Below are positions 35,738 through 45,425 of a stretch of 64,000 nucleotides of DNA, piece after piece. The notes under the pieces are model-generated. The model was not told where the DNA came from. It searched no databases and saw nothing but the letters and a program-made list of their open reading frames with translations. The translations under genes and the position numbers were made by a program. Every line of letters starts with the position of its first letter. The stretch's first letter is position 1. This DNA comes from Candidatus Latescibacterota bacterium (GTDB taxonomy: Bacteria > Latescibacterota > UBA2968 > UBA8231): contig CBDCSU010000004.1 in NCBI GenBank assembly GCA_965221775.1, forward strand, positions 256,001 through 320,000, written 5' to 3'.

Positions 35738-37620
35738 CCTCCGAAGGGGGCCGCGCCGCGCCCGGGCCGCCGGATCTGCGGCCGCCGGCGGAGGTCTGGC
35801 TTCACTCCGACCTTCCCGGGCGTTTCGGGCGCTCCTTCCGGTTCTCCCGGATCGAGGCCAGTCTGCGGGCCGACGACCCGGGGCAGGTCACCGGGGTCCT
35901 GGAGGCCGTCGAGGCGGCCGTGGACCGCGGGTTGCACGCCGTCGGCTTCCTCTGTTACGAGGCGGCGCCGGCCTTCGACCCCGCCTTCCCCTGCGGTCCC
36001 CGCGACGCCCTGCTGCCCCTGGCCTGGTTCGGACTCTACGGGCAGAGACAGGCGATCTCCGCCGCCGAGGGTCCGCCCTCCCTGGAGTACAGGCTCGGCC
36101 CTTGGGAGCCGGGGCGCGGTCCCCGGGACCACGCCGGGGCCGTGGGCCGCATCCACGAGTACATCGCCGCCGGCGACACCTGGCAGGTGAACTACACCTT
36201 CCCCTTGTCCGCCTCTTTCGAGGGCGATCCCGGAGGGCTCTACCGCGACCTTCGCCGCTCCCAGGGAGGCGCGGGTTTCTGTGCCTTCCTCGACCTCGGG
36301 AGGTCGGTGGTGGTCTCCGCCTCGCCGGAGCTGTTCTTCGCCCTGGACGGCGGCGGCGGCATCGAGACACGGCCCATGAAGGGCACCCGCCGGCGCGGAC
36401 GCTGGGTGGAAGAAGACGACGAGCTCGCCCGCGAGTTGACCGCCAGCGCCAAGGAGCGGGCGGAGAACGTCATGATCGTGGACCTGCTGCGGAACGACCT
36501 CGGCCGCGTGGCGGCGATGGGGTCGGTCCATGTGCCGCGGCTCTGGCGGGCGGAGGCCCTCGACACGGTCTGGCAGATGACCTCGACGGTCACCGCGACG
36601 CTGCGGGATGGGGTGGGGCCGGGACAGGTCTTCGAGGCCCTCTTCCCCTGCGGGTCGGTCACCGGGGCGCCCAAGGTGCGGACGACGCAGATCATCCGCG
36701 AGCTGGAGGACGCACCCCGGGGGGTGTACACCGGCTCCATCGGTTACCTCTCCCCCGCGGACGAGGGCGCCGATACCCCGCGGGGGATGGAGGCGCGGTT
36801 CTCCGTCGCCATCCGCACCGTCACCCTCGACCGCGCCGCCGGCATCGCCCGGGCGGGGGTCGGCGCCGGCATCACCTGGGGCTCGGAAGCGTCTTCCGAG
36901 TACCGGGAATGCCTGGCCAAGGCGCGCTTCCTCACGCCTTCCCACACGGAGTTCGAGCTCCTCGAAGCTCTCCTGTTTGAGCCGGAACACGGATACTATC
37001 TTCTCGAACGCCACCTGCGCAGGCTGAAGGGTTCGGCGAGGTACTTCGGGTTCCCCTATGACGAGCCCCGCGTGCGCTCCCGGCTCGCCGCCGCCGCCGC
37101 CGGGGCGCGCGGGCCTCGGCAGGTTCGCCTGACGATGGCCCGGGACGGCGGCATGAACGTCGAATCTTCCGAGGTGGGAGCGGCCCCCTCCGAGGTGACG
37201 GCCGTCATCGCCGAGGAAGTCGCTGTGGACGAGGAGGACCGGTTCCACTATCACAAGACCACCCACCGGGGGGTCTACGAAAAGGCTCTCGCCGAGGCTC
37301 GCCGCCGGGGCGCCCGGGAGGCGGTCCTGACAAACCGGCGGGGCGAGATCGCCGGGGCCGCGTCGGGGAACGTGCTCGTGCAGACGGAGGCCGGCTGCTT
37401 CACGCCGCCCCTGGCCAGCGGAGCCCTGCCGGGGACGATGCGAGCCGGGCTGCTGGCCGCGGGCGAGGCGAGGGAGCGCCGCTTGCGGGTCGAGGACCTC
37501 GCTTGCGCGCGGGCGGTCTACCGGATCGATTCCGTGACCCGCCGTGTGCTTCTGAGGATTCCGGACATGGTCCGCGGCGGGGCCGGCCCAATTCGAGAAG
37601 CCGCCGCCTTCGGCCGCTGA
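35734..37620 (+). CDS. pabB: Aminodeoxychorismate synthase component I fused to class IV (PabC-like) domain
   Basis: SASPELFF, PMKGT, ENVMIVDLLRNDL and FPCGSVTGAPK; C-terminal HKTT and LPGTMR. Confidence 0.85.
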   Translation: MTSEGGRAAPGPPDLRPPAEVWLHSDLPGRFGRSFRFSRIEASLRADDPGQVTGVLEAVEAAVDRGLHAVGFLCYEAAPAFDPAFPCGPRDALLPLAWFGLYGQRQAISAAEGPPSLEYRLGPWEPGRGPRDHAGAVGRIHEYIAAGDTWQVNYTFPLSASFEGDPGGLYRDLRRSQGGAGFCAFLDLGRSVVVSASPELFFALDGGGGIETRPMKGTRRRGRWVEEDDELARELTASAKERAENVMIVDLLRNDLGRVAAMGSVHVPRLWRAEALDTVWQMTSTVTATLRDGVGPGQVFEALFPCGSVTGAPKVRTTQIIRELEDAPRGVYTGSIGYLSPADEGADTPRGMEARFSVAIRTVTLDRAAGIARAGVGAGITWGSEASSEYRECLAKARFLTPSHTEFELLEALLFEPEHGYYLLERHLRRLKGSARYFGFPYDEPRVRSRLAAAAAGARGPRQVRLTMARDGGMNVESSEVGAAPSEVTAVIAEEVAVDEEDRFHYHKTTHRGVYEKALAEARRRGAREAVLTNRRGEIAGAASGNVLVQTEAGCFTPPLASGALPGTMRAGLLAAGEARERRLRVEDLACARAVYRIDSVTRRVLLRIPDMVRGGAGPIREAAAFGR

Positions 37621-37637
37621 TCTCAGGAGGTCCTTCA

Positions 37638-38837
37638 GTGTATCGCATGGGAGAGGCAGAGATCCGGAGGATCCGGCGCCTCATCGAGTCGGGGAAGATC
37701 TTCCGCTACGGCTCCGGCGGGGAGTGCGACCGGTTCGAGGCCGACTGGGCCTCTCATCTGGGCGTGAAGCACGCGCGCATGACCCGCTCCGGAACGTCGG
37801 CCCTGTACACCGCCCTCGTCGGCCTCGGCGTGGGGCCCGGGGACCAGGTGGTGGTACCCGCCTACACCTACATGGCGACGGCCCTGGCGGTCCTCTCCGC
37901 CGGAGCCATCCCGGTGGTCGCCGACGTGGACGACTCCCTCACGCTGTCGGCGGCGGACCTCGAAAGCCGCCTGACCCGGCACACGCGGGCCGTGATCCCC
38001 GTGCATATGGTCGGCCTCCCCTGCGACATGGACGGCATCATGAAGGTCGCGCGGCGCCACGACCTGCTCGTCCTCGAAGACGCCTGCCAGGCCGTCGGCG
38101 GGGGCTACCGCGGCAGGGCCCTGGGGTCGATCGGCCACGCCGGCGCCTTCAGCTTCAACTTCTTCAAGAACATCACCTGCGGCGAAGGGGGAGCCTTCGT
38201 CACCGGCTCGAAGGCCGTGTACGACCGCGGCTCGGTGGCCGTCGACTGCTGCTCCTTCTACTGGGACGCCGACCCGGGAGACCCGGAGGCGCCGCGGTCT
38301 GCCGAGGACCTGCAGTTCGCCGGCCACAACTTCCGCGCCTCCGAGTTCGAGGGAGCCATCCTCAACGTTCAGCTCGGACGGCTGGACGGGATGCTGGCGC
38401 GGATGCGCGACCAGAAGCAGGCCCTCACCGAAGCCGGAGAGGCCGCCGGGCTCACCTCGATCCGCAACCACAGCCCGGACCACGAGTGCGGCACCCATGC
38501 CGGCTTCCTCTTCGAGACGGAGGAGCGGGCGCGGACCTTCTCGGCCGATCTCGCCGGCAGGGGCGTGGGCAACTTCCGCCCCCTCGACACGGGCCGCCAC
38601 GTCTATACCCGGTGGGAGCCGATCCTGCGCCAGCAGGGGTCTCACCACCCGGCCCTGGATCCCTTCAAGATCCCGGCCAACCGCAAGTGCAGGGTGAGGT
38701 ATACCCACGACATGTGCGCCTCTTCCCTCGACATCCTCGGGCGGGCGGTCCTCGTGCCCTGCCATCCCGACCATCGGAAGCCGCGCCTGCGATCGATGAT
38801 CAAGGGGCTGGAAGCCGCCGCGGAGGCGGGGGCGTGA
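37638..38837 (+). CDS. DegT/DnrJ/EryC1/StrS family aminotransferase
   Basis: SGTSAL, PVHM.G, EDACQA and FSFNFFKNITCGEGG; AGGAGG RBS before GTG. Confidence 0.87.
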   Translation: MYRMGEAEIRRIRRLIESGKIFRYGSGGECDRFEADWASHLGVKHARMTRSGTSALYTALVGLGVGPGDQVVVPAYTYMATALAVLSAGAIPVVADVDDSLTLSAADLESRLTRHTRAVIPVHMVGLPCDMDGIMKVARRHDLLVLEDACQAVGGGYRGRALGSIGHAGAFSFNFFKNITCGEGGAFVTGSKAVYDRGSVAVDCCSFYWDADPGDPEAPRSAEDLQFAGHNFRASEFEGAILNVQLGRLDGMLARMRDQKQALTEAGEAAGLTSIRNHSPDHECGTHAGFLFETEERARTFSADLAGRGVGNFRPLDTGRHVYTRWEPILRQQGSHHPALDPFKIPANRKCRVRYTHDMCASSLDILGRAVLVPCHPDHRKPRLRSMIKGLEAAAEAGA

Positions 38838-40855
38838 AGAGCTCGTCCGACCTCCTCACCGTCGGTCTGGACCCGGCGGCCGGAGACCGGCGCCTGCTGG
38901 CGCCGCGAGCGCTCACGACTCCCTGCGGGCTGGCGCCTCTCGCCGACCTGGCCGACTGGCGGCGGAGGGCCGCCCACATCCGCGAACGGATCCTCGCCGT
39001 CACCGGCCTTCTGCCATCGCCCCGGCGGTCGCCCCTCAGGGCCCGGGTCTTCGGGCGCGTCGAGGAGCAGGGCTGTTCGGTGGAGAAGGTCCACTTCGAG
39101 AGCCTCCCCGGGTTGTTCGTGTGCGGCAACCTCTACCGGCCCCTCGGTCTCACCGGAGCGGCGCCCGGGATCGCCTGTCCCCACGGCCACTGGTCCCAGG
39201 GACGGTTCCACCAGGACCACCTGGGCTCGGTCCCCGGGCGCGGCATCGGCCTGGCGCGCCTCGGCTGTGTGGCCTTCGCCTACGACATGGTCGGCTACAA
39301 CGACTCGGCTCAGTTCGAGCACCGCCTCGCCTTCGGCCCTCGGGCCGCGCCGTGGGGGGTGGGGCAGCTGGGGCTGCAGCTGTGGAACAGCCTGCGGGTC
39401 ATCGACTTCCTCTGCTCCCTGAGCGATGTCGATCCCCGCCGCATCGGCGTCACCGGCGCCTCCGGCGGCGGCACCCAGACCTTCCTGCTCACCGCCGTCG
39501 ACGACCGGGTGGCCGCCGCCGCCCCGGTGAACATGATCTCGGGACACATGCAGGGAGGCTGCGTCTGCGAGAACCAGGCCCACCTGCGGCTCGACCTGAA
39601 CAACATCGAGATCGCCGCCTGCGCCGCCCCGCGTCCGCTGATGATGGTCTCGGCCACGGGCGACTGGACCGTGCACACGCCGTACCACGAGTACCCCGCC
39701 GTGCGCCGGGTCTACGACCTCTTCGGAGCCGCCGGACGCGTCCACACCTGCCAGGTGGAGGCCGACCACAACTACAACCGGGCGAGCCGGGAGGCGGTGT
39801 ACGGCTTCTTCCGGCGCTACCTCCTCGGCGGCTCGGGCGCGCCGGTCCGGGAGCCGGACCTGGATCCCGTGGACCCCGCCGAGCTTCACGTCTTCCCCCG
39901 GGAGCCCGGCTCCGGCCGGACCGTCATGCCGAAGCGGGCCCTGGCGGCGGGGGACCTGATCGACTCCGTCGAACGCCGGGCCCGGCGGCGCAACGCCCTT
40001 CTGCAGCCGCGGGACCTCGCCGGCCTGCGGCGGCTGCGCTCCCGCCTCGGCCCGGCCCTGCGGCACTGCTTGGCCGCGCGCATGCCGGCCCCCGGAGAGG
40101 TGGACCTTCAGGACCGGGGGAGGGAGCGCCTGCGGCATCGGGGCGGGGAGCTGGTGTACGAGCGCCTGCTGCTGAGGCTCGAAGGCGGCGCCGTCCCCGC
40201 GGTGATGGTCTCGGCGGCTTCCGCCGCCCGGGGGCCGGCGGCCCTGGTCGTGCACGGGGAGGGCAAGGCGGCGCTCTTCACCAACGGCGGCAAACCTCGT
40301 GCTCCGGTGGCGGCCCTGCTGCGGGCGGGCCACAGGGTGCTGACCGTCGACCCCTTTCTGCTGGGCGAGGCCGGGGCTGGGGACCACCCCTACCCGGTCG
40401 AGGGCATCGACCACTTCCACACCTACAACCCGGTGACGCCATCGGCGCGTGTCCAGGACGTGCTCACCGCCCTCGGCTATCTCCGCGACCGGCCCGAGAC
40501 CACCGGCGTTTGCCTCCTCGGACTGGGGCGGGCCGGCCTGTGGTGCCTCTTCGCCGCCGCCGCCGCGGGCCCCGACGGGCCGCGGGCCACCTGTGTCGAG
40601 GTCGGCGGGTTCCACTTCGAGCGCGACTGGGAGAGCTCGTGCCCCATCCCCGCGGTCCGGGCCGCCGGGGACGTGACCACCGCCGCGGCCCTGATCGCGC
40701 CCGGGCGCCTGGCCGTCCACGGGGCCAGCGCCGGCCAGCGCTTCCCGGCGGCCGCCGTCCGCAGGATCTACCGGTCCGCCGCCCGCCCGGAGGCCCTGAC
40801 CATCTCCCGCCGCCGGTGGTCCTCGGAGCGCCAGGTGGGCTGGCTGCTGACCTGA
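38834..40855 (+). CDS. Alpha/beta-hydrolase (acetylxylan esterase-like, duplicated fold)
   Basis: CPHGH, IGVTGASGGGTQT nucleophile elbow, GGCVCEN and HNYN; second, degenerate hydrolase domain. Confidence 0.78.
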   Translation: MKSSSDLLTVGLDPAAGDRRLLAPRALTTPCGLAPLADLADWRRRAAHIRERILAVTGLLPSPRRSPLRARVFGRVEEQGCSVEKVHFESLPGLFVCGNLYRPLGLTGAAPGIACPHGHWSQGRFHQDHLGSVPGRGIGLARLGCVAFAYDMVGYNDSAQFEHRLAFGPRAAPWGVGQLGLQLWNSLRVIDFLCSLSDVDPRRIGVTGASGGGTQTFLLTAVDDRVAAAAPVNMISGHMQGGCVCENQAHLRLDLNNIEIAACAAPRPLMMVSATGDWTVHTPYHEYPAVRRVYDLFGAAGRVHTCQVEADHNYNRASREAVYGFFRRYLLGGSGAPVREPDLDPVDPAELHVFPREPGSGRTVMPKRALAAGDLIDSVERRARRRNALLQPRDLAGLRRLRSRLGPALRHCLAARMPAPGEVDLQDRGRERLRHRGGELVYERLLLRLEGGAVPAVMVSAASAARGPAALVVHGEGKAALFTNGGKPRAPVAALLRAGHRVLTVDPFLLGEAGAGDHPYPVEGIDHFHTYNPVTPSARVQDVLTALGYLRDRPETTGVCLLGLGRAGLWCLFAAAAAGPDGPRATCVEVGGFHFERDWESSCPIPAVRAAGDVTTAAALIAPGRLAVHGASAGQRFPAAAVRRIYRSAARPEALTISRRRWSSERQVGWLLT

Positions 40856-40896
40856 GGGAGCCCGGGGGCGGGGCACCGGCCTACCCGGCACCTGCG

Positions 40897-41730
40897 ATGA
40901 ACACCGAAGAGCTGCGGGCGAAGAAGGAGCGGGGCGAGCCGATCGTCGTCCTCACCTGCTACGACAGCCCCACGGCCGCCTGGCAGGAGGCGGCCGGCGT
41001 CGACGTCGTGTTCTGCGGCGACAGCGTCGGCACCAATCTCCTCGGGTACGACGACGAGCGGCAGGTGACGATGGACGACATGATCCACCACCTGAAGGCC
41101 GTCCGGCGCGGCCTGCGGGGGGGCTCCTACCTGCTCGCCGACCTGCCCTACGGCTCCGCCGACACTCCCGGCGAGGCCCTGGACAACTCCCTGCGCTTCA
41201 CCGCCCTCGGCGCCGACGGCGTCAAGCTGGAGGGATTCAAGCCCGAGGTCGTGGCCGCCCTCGGCGGGCGCGGACTCGACGTGTGGTGCCATCTCGGCCT
41301 CAACCCGCAGATCCACGAGGCGCCGCGAGTCCAGGCCCGTACCGCCCGGGCCGCGGCCCGCCTCGTGGAGCGCGCCCTCCGTCTTCAGGAGGCAGGCGCG
41401 GCTTTCCTGGTCCTCGAACTCATCCCGGAGGAGGTCGGCAGGGCGGTCACCGAACGTCTCGACATCCCCACCATCGGCATCGCCGCCGGCCGCCACACCG
41501 ACGGGCAGGTCCTGATCGTCACCGACGTCCTCGGCGTCCACGAGCTCGACTTGCGCCACGTGCGCCGCTACGCCGAGTTCGCGCGCCAAGGGACCCGGGG
41601 GATCGCCGCCTATGTCGACGATGTGCGCCAGCGGCGTTTTCCGGCCGCCGGGCAGGGGTCGCGCATGAAGGAGGCCGAGGCGGCCGAGTTCGACGCCTGG
41701 CTGTCCGGCCACCCCCCCGCGGACCGCTAG
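40897..41730 (+). CDS. panB: 3-methyl-2-oxobutanoate hydroxymethyltransferase
   Basis: LTCYD, GDS, ADLPYGS, VKLEG, HLGLNPQ, PTIGI and DGQVL. Confidence 0.9.
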   Translation: MNTEELRAKKERGEPIVVLTCYDSPTAAWQEAAGVDVVFCGDSVGTNLLGYDDERQVTMDDMIHHLKAVRRGLRGGSYLLADLPYGSADTPGEALDNSLRFTALGADGVKLEGFKPEVVAALGGRGLDVWCHLGLNPQIHEAPRVQARTARAAARLVERALRLQEAGAAFLVLELIPEEVGRAVTERLDIPTIGIAAGRHTDGQVLIVTDVLGVHELDLRHVRRYAEFARQGTRGIAAYVDDVRQRRFPAAGQGSRMKEAEAAEFDAWLSGHPPADR

Positions 41731-41736
41731 CTCCCT

Positions 41737-43602
41737 CTATCCGGTTTCCCGCAGGTCCACGTGGAGGTCGAGACGCGGCAGGTCCACGTGCCGGACCGTG
41801 GCCGCGTAGAGGCTCCCCGGCCGGCCCCCGGGCGGCAGGCTGACCGGCGTCTCCAGGGCCAGTTCCGGAATCACGAGCAGGCCCCGGCGGCCTCTCGCGT
41901 CGATCAGCTCCGCCCCGCCCTGCCAACCGGGCCGCTGCCGCAGCCGGACCAGGGTCCAGTGGCGGTTGGCGAGCCGCTCGGTGCGGCGCACGGCAACCGC
42001 CGCCGCCTCGGCCTGGGCGGCGCGCTCGAGCACCTGATCTCGCTCCAAGGGGTCGGCCTCCGAGGCCCAGGCGCGCAGTTGCTGGTGGGCGAGGAGGTCG
42101 ACGTAGCGCCGCAGGGGACTCGTGACGCGCACGTAGGCCTGCAGTCCCAGGCCGCGGTGAGGAGCGGGCTCGCCGCTGACGCGGGCCGGAGTCTGGCGCC
42201 GCCGCAGGGCGAAGGCGGCGGCCAGCGAGCCCTCCGGCGGCGGCGCATCCGCCTCGCTCTCCGGGGCTGCTTCCTGCACCGAGAAGGGCATGGCCAGTCC
42301 GCTCTCGACCGCGGTCCGCGCCGTCCCTTCGCCGGCCAGGATCATGGCCTCGGCCACCATCCTGCGGATCGGCGAGGGGACCAGGGGCTCGATGCGGATG
42401 ACGGGCGCCTCCGTCCCGCCCTCCACGCGGATGCGCGCCTCGGGCCACTGCAGGTCCACGGCCCCGGCGGTCATCCTCCGGGAGCGGGCGCGATCGGTGA
42501 GCTCCACCAGCCTCCGCAGGAGCGGGTCCCGGTCGAGGCGTTCCTGGGCGGCTCCATAGGTCAGCCGCTCGACCCGCACCCGCGAAGGCAGGAAGGCGCA
42601 CTCCGCGACCCGGCCCTCCTCGTCGAGAACGAGCCGGAAGGAGAGGGCCGGCGACTCACCTTCCGGGCCCAGGCCCAGCCCCAGCCGATCCACCGCCCCG
42701 CGGGGCAGCATCGGGATCGCGCCGTCCGGCAGGTAGAGGGTGGCGCCGCGGTCTCTCGCCTCGCGGTCCACCGGACTCTCCGGGGGCACGGCGGCGGCGG
42801 CGTCGGCCACGTGGACCCAGAGAGCCCCGTCCTCGTCGAGGGAGACGGCGTCGTCGGGGTCGCGGCTGCCCTCGTCGTCGATGGCGAGGGCCGGCAGGTG
42901 AGTGAGGTCCTCCCGCGGCTCCGGGGACAGGTCCGCCACGGCCGCTCGCGGCGCCTCGGGAGGGAGTCCGGCGCGGGCGGGGTAGGGCACGTCCGAGACC
43001 GACCAGCGCCCCACCTCCAGGAGCAGGGCGTGGGCGTTCTCCGCCGTCTCGGCGCGGCCGAGTTCCTTCAGCACGGGCGAGCCCTCGCGGCGGCCGAGGG
43101 CCAGGTCCTGCAGGGGGCGCAGGAAATCCTCGTCCTCGCCGGTGACGGCTCCGCCCCGGACGCGCTCGAGGAAGGCGGACCAGGCCCGGGCCCTGCGGGC
43201 GGCCTGGCGGCGGCGCTCAGTCTCCTCCGACACCTCCAGCGGGGACCGCGCCAGGACGGCCTCCGGCGATCCCGAGAAGTGCAGGCCGTCGGCCACCAGC
43301 TGCCAGGCCGCCCAGGAGGCGGCGGGGGTGGCACCGCCGAAGAGCAAGTCAGCGAGGGTGGCCAGGTCGCAGGGATCCTCCCCGTGAAGCAGGTCGCGCA
43401 CGGCCTCGACCGGCTCGGCCGGCTCGAGGTCGGACAGGTCGGCCAACGTACAGGGGCCGGCATGCAGCAGGGTCACGTCCTTGGGGCGCACACGGCGGGA
43501 CCCGCCCTCCGTCTCGATCTCCAGGCGGCTCTCCCCGGGTTTCTTGACGCGAGCCGGACGGCCCTTGTAGAGTACGAGCCCGCCTGTGGGCAGCTCACTC
43601 AT
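41737..43602 (-). CDS. RNB domain ribonuclease (RNase II/R family)
   Basis: AIDDEGSRDPDDAVS, VHVAD, RGATLYLP and TSPLRRYVDL; ATG at 43602. Confidence 0.88.
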   Translation of the reverse strand: MSELPTGGLVLYKGRPARVKKPGESRLEIETEGGSRRVRPKDVTLLHAGPCTLADLSDLEPAEPVEAVRDLLHGEDPCDLATLADLLFGGATPAASWAAWQLVADGLHFSGSPEAVLARSPLEVSEETERRRQAARRARAWSAFLERVRGGAVTGEDEDFLRPLQDLALGRREGSPVLKELGRAETAENAHALLLEVGRWSVSDVPYPARAGLPPEAPRAAVADLSPEPREDLTHLPALAIDDEGSRDPDDAVSLDEDGALWVHVADAAAAVPPESPVDREARDRGATLYLPDGAIPMLPRGAVDRLGLGLGPEGESPALSFRLVLDEEGRVAECAFLPSRVRVERLTYGAAQERLDRDPLLRRLVELTDRARSRRMTAGAVDLQWPEARIRVEGGTEAPVIRIEPLVPSPIRRMVAEAMILAGEGTARTAVESGLAMPFSVQEAAPESEADAPPPEGSLAAAFALRRRQTPARVSGEPAPHRGLGLQAYVRVTSPLRRYVDLLAHQQLRAWASEADPLERDQVLERAAQAEAAAVAVRRTERLANRHWTLVRLRQRPGWQGGAELIDARGRRGLLVIPELALETPVSLPPGGRPGSLYAATVRHVDLPRLDLHVDLRETG

Positions 43603-43692
43603 TCCCGACTTCCTTCCCCTCCGTGCAAAGCTGCACCCGCCAGTCCAGGCTGTCCAAGGCGGCCTCCCGCGGCGGCCGACCCTGAACCCGGC

Positions 43693-45186
43693 GTGGCACC
43701 GGACCTCTCTCTCGGCATCGACCTGGGCACCACGAGTGTCAAGGTCCTTCTGGTCGACTCCGGCGGCCGGGTGGTGGGCAGGGCCTCGGCCGGCTACCCC
43801 CTGCACACCCCGAGGCCGGGGTGGGTGGAGCAGGATCCGGAGGACTGGTGGCAGGCCACGTGCGCGGCCCTGCGCGAAGCCGCGCGGCAGGTCGATCCGG
43901 CTCGCATCCGGGGACTCTCCCTCTCGGGGCAACTCAACGGCGGACTCTTCCTCGACGAGGCCCTGCAGCCGTTGCGGCCGGTGCCGATCTGGCTCGACCA
44001 CCGGGCCGCGGAGCTCTGCCGGCGCATCGATGACGGCGCCGCGGGGGACCGCGTCCTCCAGGCGGCCCGGCAGCGCTTGACGCCGGTGAACACCCTGGCC
44101 AAGATCCTCTGGGTGCGCGACCACGAGCCGGCGGTGTACAGGAAGACGCGCGTCGTCGTGCTGCCGAAGGACTGGCTGCGGCTCCGCCTCTCGGGCAGCA
44201 CCGGCACCGACCTGACGGACGCTTCCGTGACCGCCGCCCTCGACCTGAAGGAGAAGCGCTGGTCGTCGGAGGTCCTCGCCGCCGTCGGTGTGCGCGAGGA
44301 TCTGTTTCCTCCGCTGTCCCCGTCGACCGAAGTGGTGGGCGCCGTCACCGAGGCGGCGGCGGCCTCCACCGGGCTTCCGGCCGGCCTTCCGGTCTGCGCC
44401 GGCGGCGGCGACATGCCCTGCCTCGCCGTGGGCAGCGGAGTGGTCCGTCCCGGGATCGTCTCCCTCGGGATCGGCACCGCGGCCCACGCCACGGCTTACG
44501 CCCCGGGCCTGGAGACCGCCTCCGGGCCTGCCACCGAGGGGCTGTGGCCGATGTGCCACCCCGACGGCCGCGGCCATGCCTGGCTCGGGTGCTCCTTCAC
44601 CGGGGGCGAGAGCCTGCGCTGGCTCACCGGGATCCTCGGCGCCGGCTACGAGGGGTTGCTCGCCGAGGCGGAACAAGCCGAAGCCGGCAGTGGGGGACTG
44701 GTCTTCGCCCCCTGGCTGGAGGGCCGGGCCACGCCGGGTCCCGACCCGGCCGCCCGGGGGGCCTTCCTGGGGCTGGACCTGCGCCACGGGCGCGGGCACA
44801 TGGTACGCGCCGTCATGGAAGGTGTGGCCTACGATCTCCGCGAGTGCCTCGAGTGCTTCCGTTGCGCCGGGCTGCCGGATCACGAGATCCGCATCGGCGA
44901 AGGCGGCCTGCGCTCCGTCCTGTGGAGGCAGATCGTGGCCGACGTGGTGGGCGCGCCGGTGCGCGTCCTCGCCGTGGAGGACCTTTCCGCCCTCGGCGCG
45001 GCCCTGATCGCCGCCGTGGGCACGGGCCTGTTCGAGGACTTCGAAGAGGCCTGCGGCGCCGGAGTCCGGCTCGCCGGGACGGTGGAGCCCCGGGACGAGG
45101 CGCGAGCCGCCTACGAGGAGGGATTCGTGGAGTACCAGCAGATCTATCCCGCCCTGCGGGACTGGCACGGAGGGCGCGGCCCATGA
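43693..45186 (+). CDS. FGGY carbohydrate kinase (xylulokinase-like)
   Basis: LGIDLGTTSVK, EQDPEDWW, LPKDWLR, GGGD and RAVMEGV. Confidence 0.87.
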   Translation: MAPDLSLGIDLGTTSVKVLLVDSGGRVVGRASAGYPLHTPRPGWVEQDPEDWWQATCAALREAARQVDPARIRGLSLSGQLNGGLFLDEALQPLRPVPIWLDHRAAELCRRIDDGAAGDRVLQAARQRLTPVNTLAKILWVRDHEPAVYRKTRVVVLPKDWLRLRLSGSTGTDLTDASVTAALDLKEKRWSSEVLAAVGVREDLFPPLSPSTEVVGAVTEAAAASTGLPAGLPVCAGGGDMPCLAVGSGVVRPGIVSLGIGTAAHATAYAPGLETASGPATEGLWPMCHPDGRGHAWLGCSFTGGESLRWLTGILGAGYEGLLAEAEQAEAGSGGLVFAPWLEGRATPGPDPAARGAFLGLDLRHGRGHMVRAVMEGVAYDLRECLECFRCAGLPDHEIRIGEGGLRSVLWRQIVADVVGAPVRVLAVEDLSALGAALIAAVGTGLFEDFEEACGAGVRLAGTVEPRDEARAAYEEGFVEYQQIYPALRDWHGGRGP

Positions 45187-45425
45187 AGCCGGAATTACCG
45201 TTCGAGGGGGAGGGGCTCGGCGACGAGCCGCGGCGGCATCCGCTGATCTGGGTGGTGTACCTGTTGCTGTTCGCCGTGGCCGTTCCCTGGTACTGGCCGA
45301 CGGGATACCGGGGCCCGCTGGTCCTCGGCCTGCCCCTGTGGGCCGCCGTGAGCCTGGGAGCCGTCGTTCTGATGGCCCTGTGGACGGGGTTCGTCATCCG
45401 CCGCTGGTGGCGGGAGGAGGCCTGA
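45183..45425 (+). CDS. Small membrane protein preceding an SSS transporter (DUF3311-like)
   Basis: Two TM segments, VPWYW...VLGLPLW; overlaps the kinase stop and abuts the symporter start. Confidence 0.7.
   Translation: MKPELPFEGEGLGDEPRRHPLIWVVYLLLFAVAVPWYWPTGYRGPLVLGLPLWAAVSLGAVVLMALWTGFVIRRWWREEA

Noticed and set aside
37897-37908. 12-bp match (CCGCCGGAGCCA) to the 3' end of tRNA-Asn, a possible attR
   Set aside because: It lies inside an intact aminotransferase CDS, is short and GC-rich, no integrase is present, and the intervening genes look ordinary.
43694-43710. TGGCAC at the start of the FGGY kinase as a second sigma-54 promoter
   Set aside because: No TTGC at the -12 position, and it overlaps the start codon.
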